Positions 18,674 to 26,442 of a stretch of DNA of 64,000 nucleotides are shown here, piece by piece. The notes below the pieces were generated by a model, which was not told where the DNA came from, ran no database searches, and saw only the letters and a list, made by a program, of their open reading frames with translations. Both the position numbers and the translations under genes were made by a program. Source of the DNA: Clostridia bacterium (GTDB taxonomy: Bacteria > Bacillota > Clostridia > Oscillospirales > CAG-272); assembly GCA_017411745.1 (NCBI GenBank), contig JAFQPM010000016.1:19120-83119 (forward strand), written 5' to 3'. Each line of letters starts with the position of its first letter. Position 1 is the stretch's first letter.

Positions 18674-20335
18674 TTATTTTTTAATAATAAGGGTAGTGAG
18701 TGATTTTTTCTGTTCTTCAGTTGGTGGCTTTAACTTGCCATTGTTCAAGAGAGTAACAATGCAGTGAAGCAAGAACCATCCGTCAGCGTGGAATACAGAC
18801 TGCAATTCGTACTCTTTCATACGGCGGAGATGTGCAGGAACCGAGTTTAATACAGCCTCGATATAGGGGGCCTTGATAGCATCAAACTCCTCCTTATATT
18901 TTCTTTTAATTTTCTCTCCTATAGCAAGCAGCTTTTCTTGAATTTCTTTGTTTCTCAAAATGATGACTTGCCATGATATTTTGAAGCATCCGTCATAATC
19001 GCCCCAAGTTTTGATATATCCGCGTTCGGAAAGCCATGCATAATCTTCTTTTGAAAGGAGATTTTCTTTTTCGTGTTCATACAACGAAATAACTCGCGCT
19101 GAAGCTTCGAATTCATTACGATTTACACTGATACGTCGTCCTGACCACTCTGTATCAATTTTCCAAAGGATATGATCTCCGTTCATAGCATCATATGGTC
19201 CGCACCAATCTCTCATACGAACATAATCGCTCGGAATTTTCAGATTCTCAGGTACAACAGAAGCATAGGCAATATTATGCGCTCCGTCGGGGCGAATAGT
19301 AGCAACTTCTTCAAAGGTGATTGTGTTATCCATTAGTTTTTTACCCGACATTGCGGCGATATACGGTATAAGCGACCATAAAAGGAAGTTTTTGTCTCTC
19401 AGGGGATTTTCTTTTGTCGAACCTTGAAGCATTTTATTGCAGAAAATATTTTCATCGTCCAAAATACCACTGCTCATTAGTTCCTCATAAAGCTCATTTG
19501 CAAACAATCCCGCCGCTTTTTTATACATTGCGTCTTGCATAGTCAAAAGCTCCGCTGTCGGCTCACTTATGATAAAATTAACGATATACTTATCCCCAAC
19601 TTGCTTCAGAAAACCGTATTCCTCCAAGAAGTCAACTTCGGTTTCGACATATACAGGCGAAACACCAAGGGCATCAGCAATTTCATTTACCGTTTTCGCT
19701 TCGTTACGTACACAATAGCAGATGTTTTGGGAAAGCGCAGAACGGAAAAATTCATCACAAGATTTTGTTCCGATAGAACCGTTGATCCCAACTGATGTAA
19801 ATTTGATAGGGTTAAATTTCAATTCACTTGTTTTTCTCATAGTATCCATACCTCGTTTCAATTCTTTTTTTGCTTCAAACAAGTGCCATTTGACCGTACC
19901 AAGAGGAATATCCAAATCCTTAGCAATATCGGCTTGTTTACGGTTTTCAAAATAATACGCTATTACTATCTTTCTTTGTGTTTTTGAAAGATAAGCAATC
20001 TCACTTTGTAAACGACGAATAGATTTTGTGTTATCATCGAAATCATATTCTGAATCAGGATCGGCAATGATTTCTGCCAATTCATCAATTGATATACCAA
20101 TTATGCCTTTGGATGCTTCACGATAATAATTGCTAAGCGTATTATGTGCGATTGTCCAAATATATTTGCTGACATCCTCAATATCGTCCTTGATTAAAAG
20201 CGATCGAAACGACCGTAATACGATTTCCTGTGAAAGATCCTCCGCATCATATGTATTTTTACATCGTTTTAGCGCAAATCCAAATATGGGTTTCAGATAT
20301 TCAGTTATAATTTTTTCGGCATCTTGTCTGTTCAC
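18674..20335 (-). CDS. Sigma-70 family (ECF-like) sigma factor with a ~380-aa C-terminal extension
   Basis: GTG start 8 nt after GAGGT. Region 2 reads DAEDLSQEIVLRSF. Region 4 reads QRKIVIAYYFENRKQADIAKDLDIPLGTVKWHLFEAKKELK. A second wHTH-like segment (TVNEIADALGVSPVYVETEVDFLEEYGFL) and an unassigned domain follow. No TM segment is seen. Confidence 0.8.
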   Translation of the reverse strand: MNRQDAEKIITEYLKPIFGFALKRCKNTYDAEDLSQEIVLRSFRSLLIKDDIEDVSKYIWTIAHNTLSNYYREASKGIIGISIDELAEIIADPDSEYDFDDNTKSIRRLQSEIAYLSKTQRKIVIAYYFENRKQADIAKDLDIPLGTVKWHLFEAKKELKRGMDTMRKTSELKFNPIKFTSVGINGSIGTKSCDEFFRSALSQNICYCVRNEAKTVNEIADALGVSPVYVETEVDFLEEYGFLKQVGDKYIVNFIISEPTAELLTMQDAMYKKAAGLFANELYEELMSSGILDDENIFCNKMLQGSTKENPLRDKNFLLWSLIPYIAAMSGKKLMDNTITFEEVATIRPDGAHNIAYASVVPENLKIPSDYVRMRDWCGPYDAMNGDHILWKIDTEWSGRRISVNRNEFEASARVISLYEHEKENLLSKEDYAWLSERGYIKTWGDYDGCFKISWQVIILRNKEIQEKLLAIGEKIKRKYKEEFDAIKAPYIEAVLNSVPAHLRRMKEYELQSVFHADGWFLLHCIVTLLNNGKLKPPTEEQKKSLTTLIIKK

Positions 20336-20442
20336 TTGTTTGTACCTCGTTGAAAGCTTTCACTCATATAGACACGGATAAAGAAAAAGGTTGGAACTTT
20401 TTTTATAATTTTTGTGATTTTTCAATCTCTGTATAATAACAT

Positions 20443-20467
20443 AAAGTCCCGTGCTAAGCGGGACTTT
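20443..20467 (-). terminator. Hairpin downstream of trxA
   Basis: aaagtcccg (20443-20451) / cgggacttt (20459-20467). The U-tract on the minus strand is weak. Confidence 0.55.
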
Positions 20468-20477
20468 ACTTTTGAAA

Positions 20478-20792
20478 TTAGATATTCTTATCAATAAAGC
20501 TCTCGAGAACTGCCTTGTTGCTATATCCTACGGATTTAGCGGCTACCTCGCCGTTTTTGAAGAGAAGAAGCGTGGGAATACTGTCGATTCCGAACTGATT
20601 GCAAAGCTGGGGATTGTTATCAACGTTTACCTTGCAGACCTTTATATCGCTTCTCTGCTCTGCGATCTCGTGAACGATGGGAGCGATCATACGGCAAGGG
20701 CCGCACCACTCTGCCCAGAAGTCTACGAGAACGGGAATTTCGGATTTTACTACTTCGTTTTCAAAATTTTCATTTGTAATATCGATTATCAT
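20478..20792 (-). CDS. trxA: Thioredoxin
   Basis: 104 aa with the canonical WAEWCGPC active site and an IPTLLLFKNG block. Confidence 0.96.
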   Translation of the reverse strand: MIIDITNENFENEVVKSEIPVLVDFWAEWCGPCRMIAPIVHEIAEQRSDIKVCKVNVDNNPQLCNQFGIDSIPTLLLFKNGEVAAKSVGYSNKAVLESFIDKNI

Positions 20793-20813
20793 TTTGTACC
20801 TCTTTAATTTTGA

Positions 20814-21011
20814 TTATTTGCTCTTATAATAAAGCAAGCAGTGGCAATAGCCCTCGAAATCGGGATCCTTGATCTGATCTCTGAACTCCTTGCACATACA
20901 CTTATTTTCAGGGGTTCTCTCTCTGCGGCAAGGACAATAGCCGCCCGTGCGCTCGAGTCCCTCCTTGATAAGCTTTACAACTTCCTTATCGGTATTCTCG
21001 GTTATTTTCAT
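20814..21011 (-). CDS. Small ferredoxin:thioredoxin reductase catalytic-subunit-like protein (three CxC motifs)
   Basis: 65 aa with a GGAGG RBS 8 nt upstream. The Cys pattern is CPC-x9-CMC-x15-CHC (GYCPCRRERTPENKCMCKEFRDQIKDPDFEGYCHCLLY). This resembles the CPC...CPC...CHC signature of FTR catalytic chains. Confidence 0.7.
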   Translation of the reverse strand: MKITENTDKEVVKLIKEGLERTGGYCPCRRERTPENKCMCKEFRDQIKDPDFEGYCHCLLYYKSK

Positions 21012-21036
21012 ATTTTTACCTCCAATTTATGTCAGA

Positions 21037-21972
21037 TCACTTCAAAAATCCGTTGATGATCTCTTCCTCGGCTTGCTTTTCGTCAAGTCCAAGCGTCATA
21101 AGCTTCATAAGCTGCTCGCCTGCGATCTTGCCTATCGCCGCCTCGTGAATGAGCGACGCCTCGGTGTTGTTCGCGATGATCTTCGGTATTGCCTGAACCG
21201 ACGCGTTATCCATAATGATGGCATCGCATTCGGTGTGTCCCGAGCAACGCGCGTTTCCGACAACGTCTGAAATAAAGAGCTGTCGCGAATTATCCTTTGC
21301 TACGGAACGCGAGACGACATGTGCTCCGCAATCCTCACCGTTGAGCGCAACGGTAAATTCGGTCTCGGCAAACTGCTCGCCGTGGGTCATTATCTTTTCG
21401 TGGACAACGAGAGTTGCTTTGTCAGCTAAGGTTGCCTCGGTCTTTCTTTTTGTAGAGTCAACGCCCTTGATCTGCGTTGTTTCCATCTCCATATACGCGC
21501 CCTCGGCAAGCTCGACGATCGTATGAGGATTCATAACGTTCTTGCCGTTTCCGTCTCCCTCGCCGTAATGCTTTTCGACGTACTTGAGCTTGGCGTTCTT
21601 GCCGACAAAGAAGCTGTGTATTCCGCTGTGCTCACTATCCTGAACTCCGCAATTATGGATTCCACAGCCCGCAACTATAAGAACGTCTGCGCCCTCTCCG
21701 ATGTGGAAATCGTTATATACGAGCTCCTTGAGTCCTGTTTCCGACAAAATAACGGGAATATGCACGCTCTCGCGCTTCGTACCCGCCTTGATATAGATGT
21801 CAATTCCGGGCTTATCGGTCTTTTTTTCGATTACTATGTTTTCCGAGGAGTTTTTTCCGTACATCTCGCCGTCCACGCGGAGAGAGTACGCTCCCTCGGG
21901 GACACCGTGAAGGTCCGCTACCTCACGAAGAAGGTTGAGCTGAATACTGTCGAGCTTTTTCTTCTCTGCCAT
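21037..21972 (-). CDS. SufB/SufD family Fe-S cluster assembly protein
   Basis: 311 aa with a beta-helix-type repetitive core. The C-terminal block reads DAIIMDNASVQAIPKI...ASLIHEAAIGKIAGEQLMKLMTLGLDEKQAEEEIINGF. The start overlaps the sufC stop (TAATG). Confidence 0.88.
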   Translation of the reverse strand: MAEKKKLDSIQLNLLREVADLHGVPEGAYSLRVDGEMYGKNSSENIVIEKKTDKPGIDIYIKAGTKRESVHIPVILSETGLKELVYNDFHIGEGADVLIVAGCGIHNCGVQDSEHSGIHSFFVGKNAKLKYVEKHYGEGDGNGKNVMNPHTIVELAEGAYMEMETTQIKGVDSTKRKTEATLADKATLVVHEKIMTHGEQFAETEFTVALNGEDCGAHVVSRSVAKDNSRQLFISDVVGNARCSGHTECDAIIMDNASVQAIPKIIANNTEASLIHEAAIGKIAGEQLMKLMTLGLDEKQAEEEIINGFLK

Positions 21973-22703
21973 TATTCGTCACCTCCCATGGTAAACTTGC
22001 ATCCTGCCTGAGCTGAAAGCAGCTCGGGCAAAATGTCGTTTTTCGCGCCGTATGCGGCAACCTTACCGTCTGCGATAACGACTATCTTGTCTGCGATATC
22101 GAGAATTCTCTCCTGATGGGAGATTATAAGGATATTTCCCTTGGTTTTTTCGTACATCTTTTCAAAGACCTTGATAAGATTGTTGAAGCTCCAAAGGTCT
22201 ATTCCCGCCTCAGGCTCGTCAAACACAGAAAATTTTGTTCCGCGCGCGTTGATCATAGCGATCTCAATTCTTTTGAGCTCGCCGCCCGAAAGAGATTCGT
22301 TTACCTCGCGGTTTACGTACTCCTTGGCACAAAGACCGACCTCGGAGAGATATTTGCACGCCTCAGAGACCGAAATTTTGCTTCCTGCGGCAAAAGATAT
22401 AAGATCCTTGACCGTAATACCCTTAAATCTTACGGGTTGCTGGAAGGCAAAGCTGATGCCTGCATTTGCGCGCTCGGTTATAGTCATATTAGTGATATCC
22501 ACGCCGTCAAGCAATATCTGACCCGAGCTTGCGGTGTAGATTCCCGCGATAAGCTTCGCGAGAGTGGATTTTCCGCCTCCGTTAGGGCCTGTTACGGCAA
22601 CGAAGCGCTCGTTTATAGTGAGACTTACGTCGTCGAGTATCTTTCTTTCCTTGCCCGTTTCGGCATCAGTGACGATATAAGTCAGATTCTTTATTTCTAA
22701 CAT
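21972..22703 (-). CDS. sufC: SufC-like Fe-S assembly ABC ATPase
   Basis: Walker A GPNGGGKST, signature LSGGELKR, Walker B FSVFDEPEAGID, ISHQERIL. Confidence 0.9.
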   Translation of the reverse strand: MLEIKNLTYIVTDAETGKERKILDDVSLTINERFVAVTGPNGGGKSTLAKLIAGIYTASSGQILLDGVDITNMTITERANAGISFAFQQPVRFKGITVKDLISFAAGSKISVSEACKYLSEVGLCAKEYVNREVNESLSGGELKRIEIAMINARGTKFSVFDEPEAGIDLWSFNNLIKVFEKMYEKTKGNILIISHQERILDIADKIVVIADGKVAAYGAKNDILPELLSAQAGCKFTMGGDE

Positions 22704-22755
22704 AGGATTCCTTTCAGATGAGTCTATATATTAAAAAGTGACATTCTTTCATATT

Positions 22756-22784
22756 ATTCTACCACATTTTTTTCGTTAAATCAA
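22756..22784 (-). promoter_or_regulatory. Candidate sigma-A promoter for sufC / sufB-D / FTR-like / trxA
   Basis: Minus strand: TTGATT (22784-22779), 17-nt spacer ending in TGg, TAGAAT (22761-22756). Confidence 0.45.
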
Positions 22785-22837
22785 TAGATAAAATGAATTT
22801 TTTAGAATATTCCATTCTTGGCATTATGGAGTAAATT

Positions 22838-22866
22838 AGGGGAAGAAAATCTGAATTTCTTCCCCT
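22838..22866 (-). terminator. Hairpin immediately downstream of the trxB-like gene
   Basis: 11-bp perfect stem aggggaagaaa (22838-22848) / tttcttcccct (22856-22866). The U-tract is poor. Confidence 0.5.
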
Positions 22867-22873
22867 TACTATT

Positions 22874-23779
22874 TTAATTATCCAAGTATCTGCAAGCCGC
22901 GAGAGCCGCTACTGCGCCGTCGCCGCATGCCGTTGCTATTTGACGGATGTTTTTCGTGCGGCAGTCGCCTGCAACGAAAAGTCCTTCGGTTTCGGTAGCA
23001 CAGTTTTCATCGGATACGATATATCCGCGGTCGGAAAGCGTTACGACGTTCTTATACTGCTCGTTTTCGGGGATCTGTCCGATAGCTACGAACATTCCGT
23101 CGAGGTCAAGTCTTGTTTTCTCGCCCGATGCGGTATTTTTAATGATGATACCGCCGAAAACCTCTGCTCCGTGTATCTCTTCAACGGTAGAGCCATAGAT
23201 TATCTCAACGTTGGCTCTCTTGCGAAGAATCTCTGCAAGCTTTTCTTCGCCCGTGAGAAAATCGAGGTTCTGAACGACGTAGACTTTTTCGCAACCGTCG
23301 GAAAGCATTATTGCCTCCTGAAGTGCGGAGTTGCCACCGCCGATGACCGCTACGGTCTTGCCTGCGTAAAACGCGCCGTCACACACGGCACAGAAGGAGA
23401 TGCCGTTTCCAACGAAGTCCTCCTCGCGTTCGATACCGAGCAAGCGGTGCTTTGCGCCTGTTGCGAGAATTACGGAACGAGCCATAAACTCGCCCTCATC
23501 GCTACTTACACAAAAGAAGCTTCCCTCCTTGTGTACGCCTGTGACCTCGCACATATCTATCTCGGCGCCGAGCTCTATTGCTTGTGAAACAAGCTTTTCG
23601 GCAAGCTCGTTACCGCTGATCTGCGCGTATCCGGGATAATTTTCAATTTTTGGGGAAAAGGTCATCTGTCCGCCGAAGGTTCCTTTATCGAGGATGAGGA
23701 CGCTTTTATCCGCACGCCGTGCATAGATCGCCGCGGTAAGACCCGCGGGACCCGCGCCGACTATTATCAAATCATACAT
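22874..23779 (-). CDS. trxB: Thioredoxin-reductase-like flavoprotein (low-Mr TrxR fold) lacking the NADPH 2'-phosphate motif
   Basis: FAD motif IIVGAGPAGLTAA, redox CAVC (C130/C133), second dinucleotide motif VAVIGGGNSA, and C-terminal FVAGDC. Where E. coli TrxR has HRRDGFR, this protein reads VQNLDFLTG. Confidence 0.88.
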   Translation of the reverse strand: MYDLIIVGAGPAGLTAAIYARRADKSVLILDKGTFGGQMTFSPKIENYPGYAQISGNELAEKLVSQAIELGAEIDMCEVTGVHKEGSFFCVSSDEGEFMARSVILATGAKHRLLGIEREEDFVGNGISFCAVCDGAFYAGKTVAVIGGGNSALQEAIMLSDGCEKVYVVQNLDFLTGEEKLAEILRKRANVEIIYGSTVEEIHGAEVFGGIIIKNTASGEKTRLDLDGMFVAIGQIPENEQYKNVVTLSDRGYIVSDENCATETEGLFVAGDCRTKNIRQIATACGDGAVAALAACRYLDN

Positions 23780-23820
23780 ACTGATCTGCCTTTCTTTTAT
23801 CTAACGGGACCCAACGTCTA

Positions 23821-26235
23821 TCAAGCGTTTACCGTTTCGATATACTTCTTGATATTGGAAAGATTTGCCGCCTTGGCAACCTCAACACCATTTTCAACTA
23901 CTACGAGTGTGGGTGCCTGTCTGATTCCGTACTTAGCAATAAGATCAAGGTGCTCGTCTGCATAGAGCTTTTCGTAGGAAACACCTGCTTTGTCAAGGAA
24001 CTCGCACGCGATCTTACAGTTGGGGCAGGTCTTGGTTGCGAACAGCATTACCTTGGTTTCTGCCGCGGGCTCGCAGGCACACTCCTCTACCATGGGCTCT
24101 GCAACTGCGTTGATAGTTCTTACGCTGTCAGCACCAACGTTGATCTCGGGGTGAAGCTCGGTGGAACGCTCGATGTTATAATTTCTTCTCTCCTTGAACT
24201 CCTGGCTCTTACCGTCATTCCAGTTCTGAACGGGTCTGTAATAACCTGTGATACGGCTATATACCTCGGTATTCTTGCCGCACTTGGGACAGGTGTACTC
24301 TTCACCGTTGATATATCCGTGGTCGGTACATACCGAGTACGTGGGAGATATCGTGTAGTAAGGAAGCTTATAATTCTCTGCGATCTTGCGAACGAGGTTT
24401 GCCGCACTCTTCCATGTAGGAAGCTTCTCACCGAGGAACGCGTGGAATACCGTACCAGAGGTGTAGAGGGTCTGGAGCTCGTCCTGAATGTCGAGAGCGT
24501 CGAAGATATCCTCGGTATAGCCTACGGGAAGGTGGCTGGAGTTGGTATAGTAAGGAGCTTTTGCGTTATCGGTTGCGGTAATGATGTCGGGCCATCTCTT
24601 TCTATCGTGCTTTGCAAAACGGTAGGAGGTGGACTCTGCGGGAGTTGCCTCAAGGTTATAGAGGTCGCCGTACATTTCCTGATAGTCGGAGAGTCTTTCT
24701 CTCATGTGATTGAGAACGTTCTTGGAGAACTCCTGGGTCTCCTTATGAGTCATATCGGCTCTGAGCCACTTTGCGTTAAGACCAACCTCGTTCATACCAA
24801 CGAGACCGATGGTCGAGAAGTGGTTATTAAAGGTTCCGAGATATCTCTTGGTGTAAGGATACAGACCCTCGTCGAGAAGCTTGGTGATAACGGTTCTCTT
24901 GGTCTTGAGCGAACGAGCCGCGATATCCATAAGCTTATCAAGTCTCTTATAGAAGTCTTCCTCATTCTCTGCAAGATATGCAATTCTGGGCATATTTATC
25001 GTAACTACACCGACAGAACCCGTGGACTCACCCGAACCGAAGAAACCACCCGACTTTTTGCGGAGCTCACGAAGGTCAAGACGGAGACGGCAGCACATAG
25101 AACGAACGTCGCTGGGCTCCATATCGGAGTTGATGTAGTTGGAGAAGTAAGGAGTACCGTACTTTGCGGTCATTTCGAAGAGGAGCTTGTTGTTCTCTGT
25201 TTCGGACCAGTCGAAGTCGCGAGTGATGGAATATGTGGGGATAGGATACTGGAAGCCTCTGCCGTTTGCGTCACCCTCGATCATGATCTCGATGAACGCC
25301 TTATTGACCATGTCCATTTCCTTCTTACAATCCTTGTACTTGAAGTCCATTTCCTTGCCGCCGACGATACAGTTGAGCTCTGCAAGATCGTTAGGAACGG
25401 TCCAGTCGAGAGTGATGTTCGTGAAGGGAGACTGCGTTCCCCAACGAGAAGGAGTATTTACACCGTAAATGAAGGACTGGATGCACTGCTTTACTTCCTT
25501 GTAGGAGAGGTTATCTACCTTTACGAAGGGAGCGAGATATGTGTCAAAGGAGGAGAATGCCTGTGCGCCTGCCCACTCGTTCTGCATGATACCGAGGAAG
25601 TTTACCATCTGGTTGCAGAGGGTGGAAAGGTGACCTGCGGGAGAGGAGGTGATCTTACCGGTTACGCCGCCAAGTCCTTCCTGAATAAGCTGCTTTAATG
25701 ACCAACCTGCACAGTAGCCCGTAAGCATAGAAAGGTCGTGGATGTGAAGATCAACGTTTCTGTGAGCGTTTGCGATCTCGTCGTCGTAAACCTCGCTGAG
25801 CCAATAGTTAGCCGTGATAGCGCCCGAGTTGGACAGGATAAGTCCTCCTACGGAATAGGTTACGGTGGAGTTCTCTTTTACTCTCCAGTCGAGAGCGCGG
25901 AGATACTGGTCTACGGTTGCCTTATAGTCGAGCGCGGTGCCCTGAACGTTTCTGAGCTTCTCTCTCTGACGGCGATACAGAATATATGCCTTAGCAACGT
26001 CTGCATAGCCCGCCTGAACGAGAACCGACTCAACACAGTCCTGGATCTCCTCGACGGAGATAAGTCCGTCCTTGATCTTGGGCTCGAATTCTGCCGTTAC
26101 CTTCAACGCCAAAAAATCTATAATATTCTGATTGAACTGTTTTTCCTGTGCCTCAAAAGCAAGCTTTATTGCATCAGAAATTTTGCTAAGATTAAATTCT
26201 ACGATCTTTCCGTCTCTTTTTTGTACGCTGTACAT
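23821..26235 (-). CDS. nrdD: Anaerobic ribonucleoside-triphosphate reductase NrdD (class III) with a fused C-terminal thioredoxin-fold domain
   Basis: N-terminal ATP-cone (VQKRDGKIVEFNLSKI), finger-loop RSMCCRLRLD, Zn-ribbon CPKCG, glycyl-radical motif SRITGYYRPV. An extra ~135 aa follows the glycyl-radical motif and ends in VMLFATKTCPNCKIACEFLDK...APTLVV. Confidence 0.95.
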   Translation of the reverse strand: MYSVQKRDGKIVEFNLSKISDAIKLAFEAQEKQFNQNIIDFLALKVTAEFEPKIKDGLISVEEIQDCVESVLVQAGYADVAKAYILYRRQREKLRNVQGTALDYKATVDQYLRALDWRVKENSTVTYSVGGLILSNSGAITANYWLSEVYDDEIANAHRNVDLHIHDLSMLTGYCAGWSLKQLIQEGLGGVTGKITSSPAGHLSTLCNQMVNFLGIMQNEWAGAQAFSSFDTYLAPFVKVDNLSYKEVKQCIQSFIYGVNTPSRWGTQSPFTNITLDWTVPNDLAELNCIVGGKEMDFKYKDCKKEMDMVNKAFIEIMIEGDANGRGFQYPIPTYSITRDFDWSETENNKLLFEMTAKYGTPYFSNYINSDMEPSDVRSMCCRLRLDLRELRKKSGGFFGSGESTGSVGVVTINMPRIAYLAENEEDFYKRLDKLMDIAARSLKTKRTVITKLLDEGLYPYTKRYLGTFNNHFSTIGLVGMNEVGLNAKWLRADMTHKETQEFSKNVLNHMRERLSDYQEMYGDLYNLEATPAESTSYRFAKHDRKRWPDIITATDNAKAPYYTNSSHLPVGYTEDIFDALDIQDELQTLYTSGTVFHAFLGEKLPTWKSAANLVRKIAENYKLPYYTISPTYSVCTDHGYINGEEYTCPKCGKNTEVYSRITGYYRPVQNWNDGKSQEFKERRNYNIERSTELHPEINVGADSVRTINAVAEPMVEECACEPAAETKVMLFATKTCPNCKIACEFLDKAGVSYEKLYADEHLDLIAKYGIRQAPTLVVVENGVEVAKAANLSNIKKYIETVNA

Positions 26236-26358
26236 TTCCTTCTCCTTTTGTTTTTTATATTTTTTGAATTTTGATTACTGATTTTGCCTTATGCCATATA
26301 GGATCTTTCTAAAAAAGGGCATAAAATGGGCGCGGACACAGATCCGCGCCGCATTAGC

Positions 26359-26387
26359 ATTATACTATATTTAGTGGTAGTTGTCAA
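26359..26387 (-). promoter_or_regulatory. Consensus sigma-A promoter of nrdD
   Basis: Minus strand reads gggTTGACAactaccactaaatatagTATAATgc. The -35 is at 26387-26382, the spacer is 17 nt, and the -10 is at 26364-26359. Confidence 0.7.
26362..26377. promoter_or_regulatory. NrdR box 1 (overlaps the -10/spacer of the nrdD promoter)
   Basis: atactatatttagtgg matches about 13/16 positions of the NrdR consensus acaCwAtATaTwGtgt. Confidence 0.6.
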
Positions 26388-26394
26388 CCCCTAA

Positions 26395-26410
26395 ACACAA
26401 TATATTGTGT
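26395..26410. promoter_or_regulatory. NrdR box 2 (perfect palindrome)
   Basis: acacaatatattgtgt is a perfect 16-bp palindrome and a full match to the NrdR-box consensus. Its centre is 33 bp from box 1. Confidence 0.85.
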
Positions 26411-26426
26411 CAAATTTCGAATTTTG

Positions 26427-26442
26427 TCACTATATATAGTTT
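26427..26442. promoter_or_regulatory. NrdR box 3 (abuts the nrdG stop codon)
   Basis: tcactatatatagttt matches 14/16 consensus positions. Its centre is 32 bp from box 2. Confidence 0.7.

Noticed and set aside
23950-25698. 582-aa ORF on the plus strand.
   Set aside because: It lies entirely antisense to nrdD, whose translation carries unmistakable class III RNR motifs. The antisense product is low-complexity (rich in L/V/G/R) with no RBS or recognisable family. It is a typical shadow ORF of a strongly codon-biased gene.
26236-26441. Possibility of a cobalamin or other known riboswitch in front of nrdD.
   Set aside because: I see no B12-box or other recognisable riboswitch core. The region is explained by the NrdR boxes, a promoter and a simple hairpin leader. 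It is kept only as a low-interest structural note.
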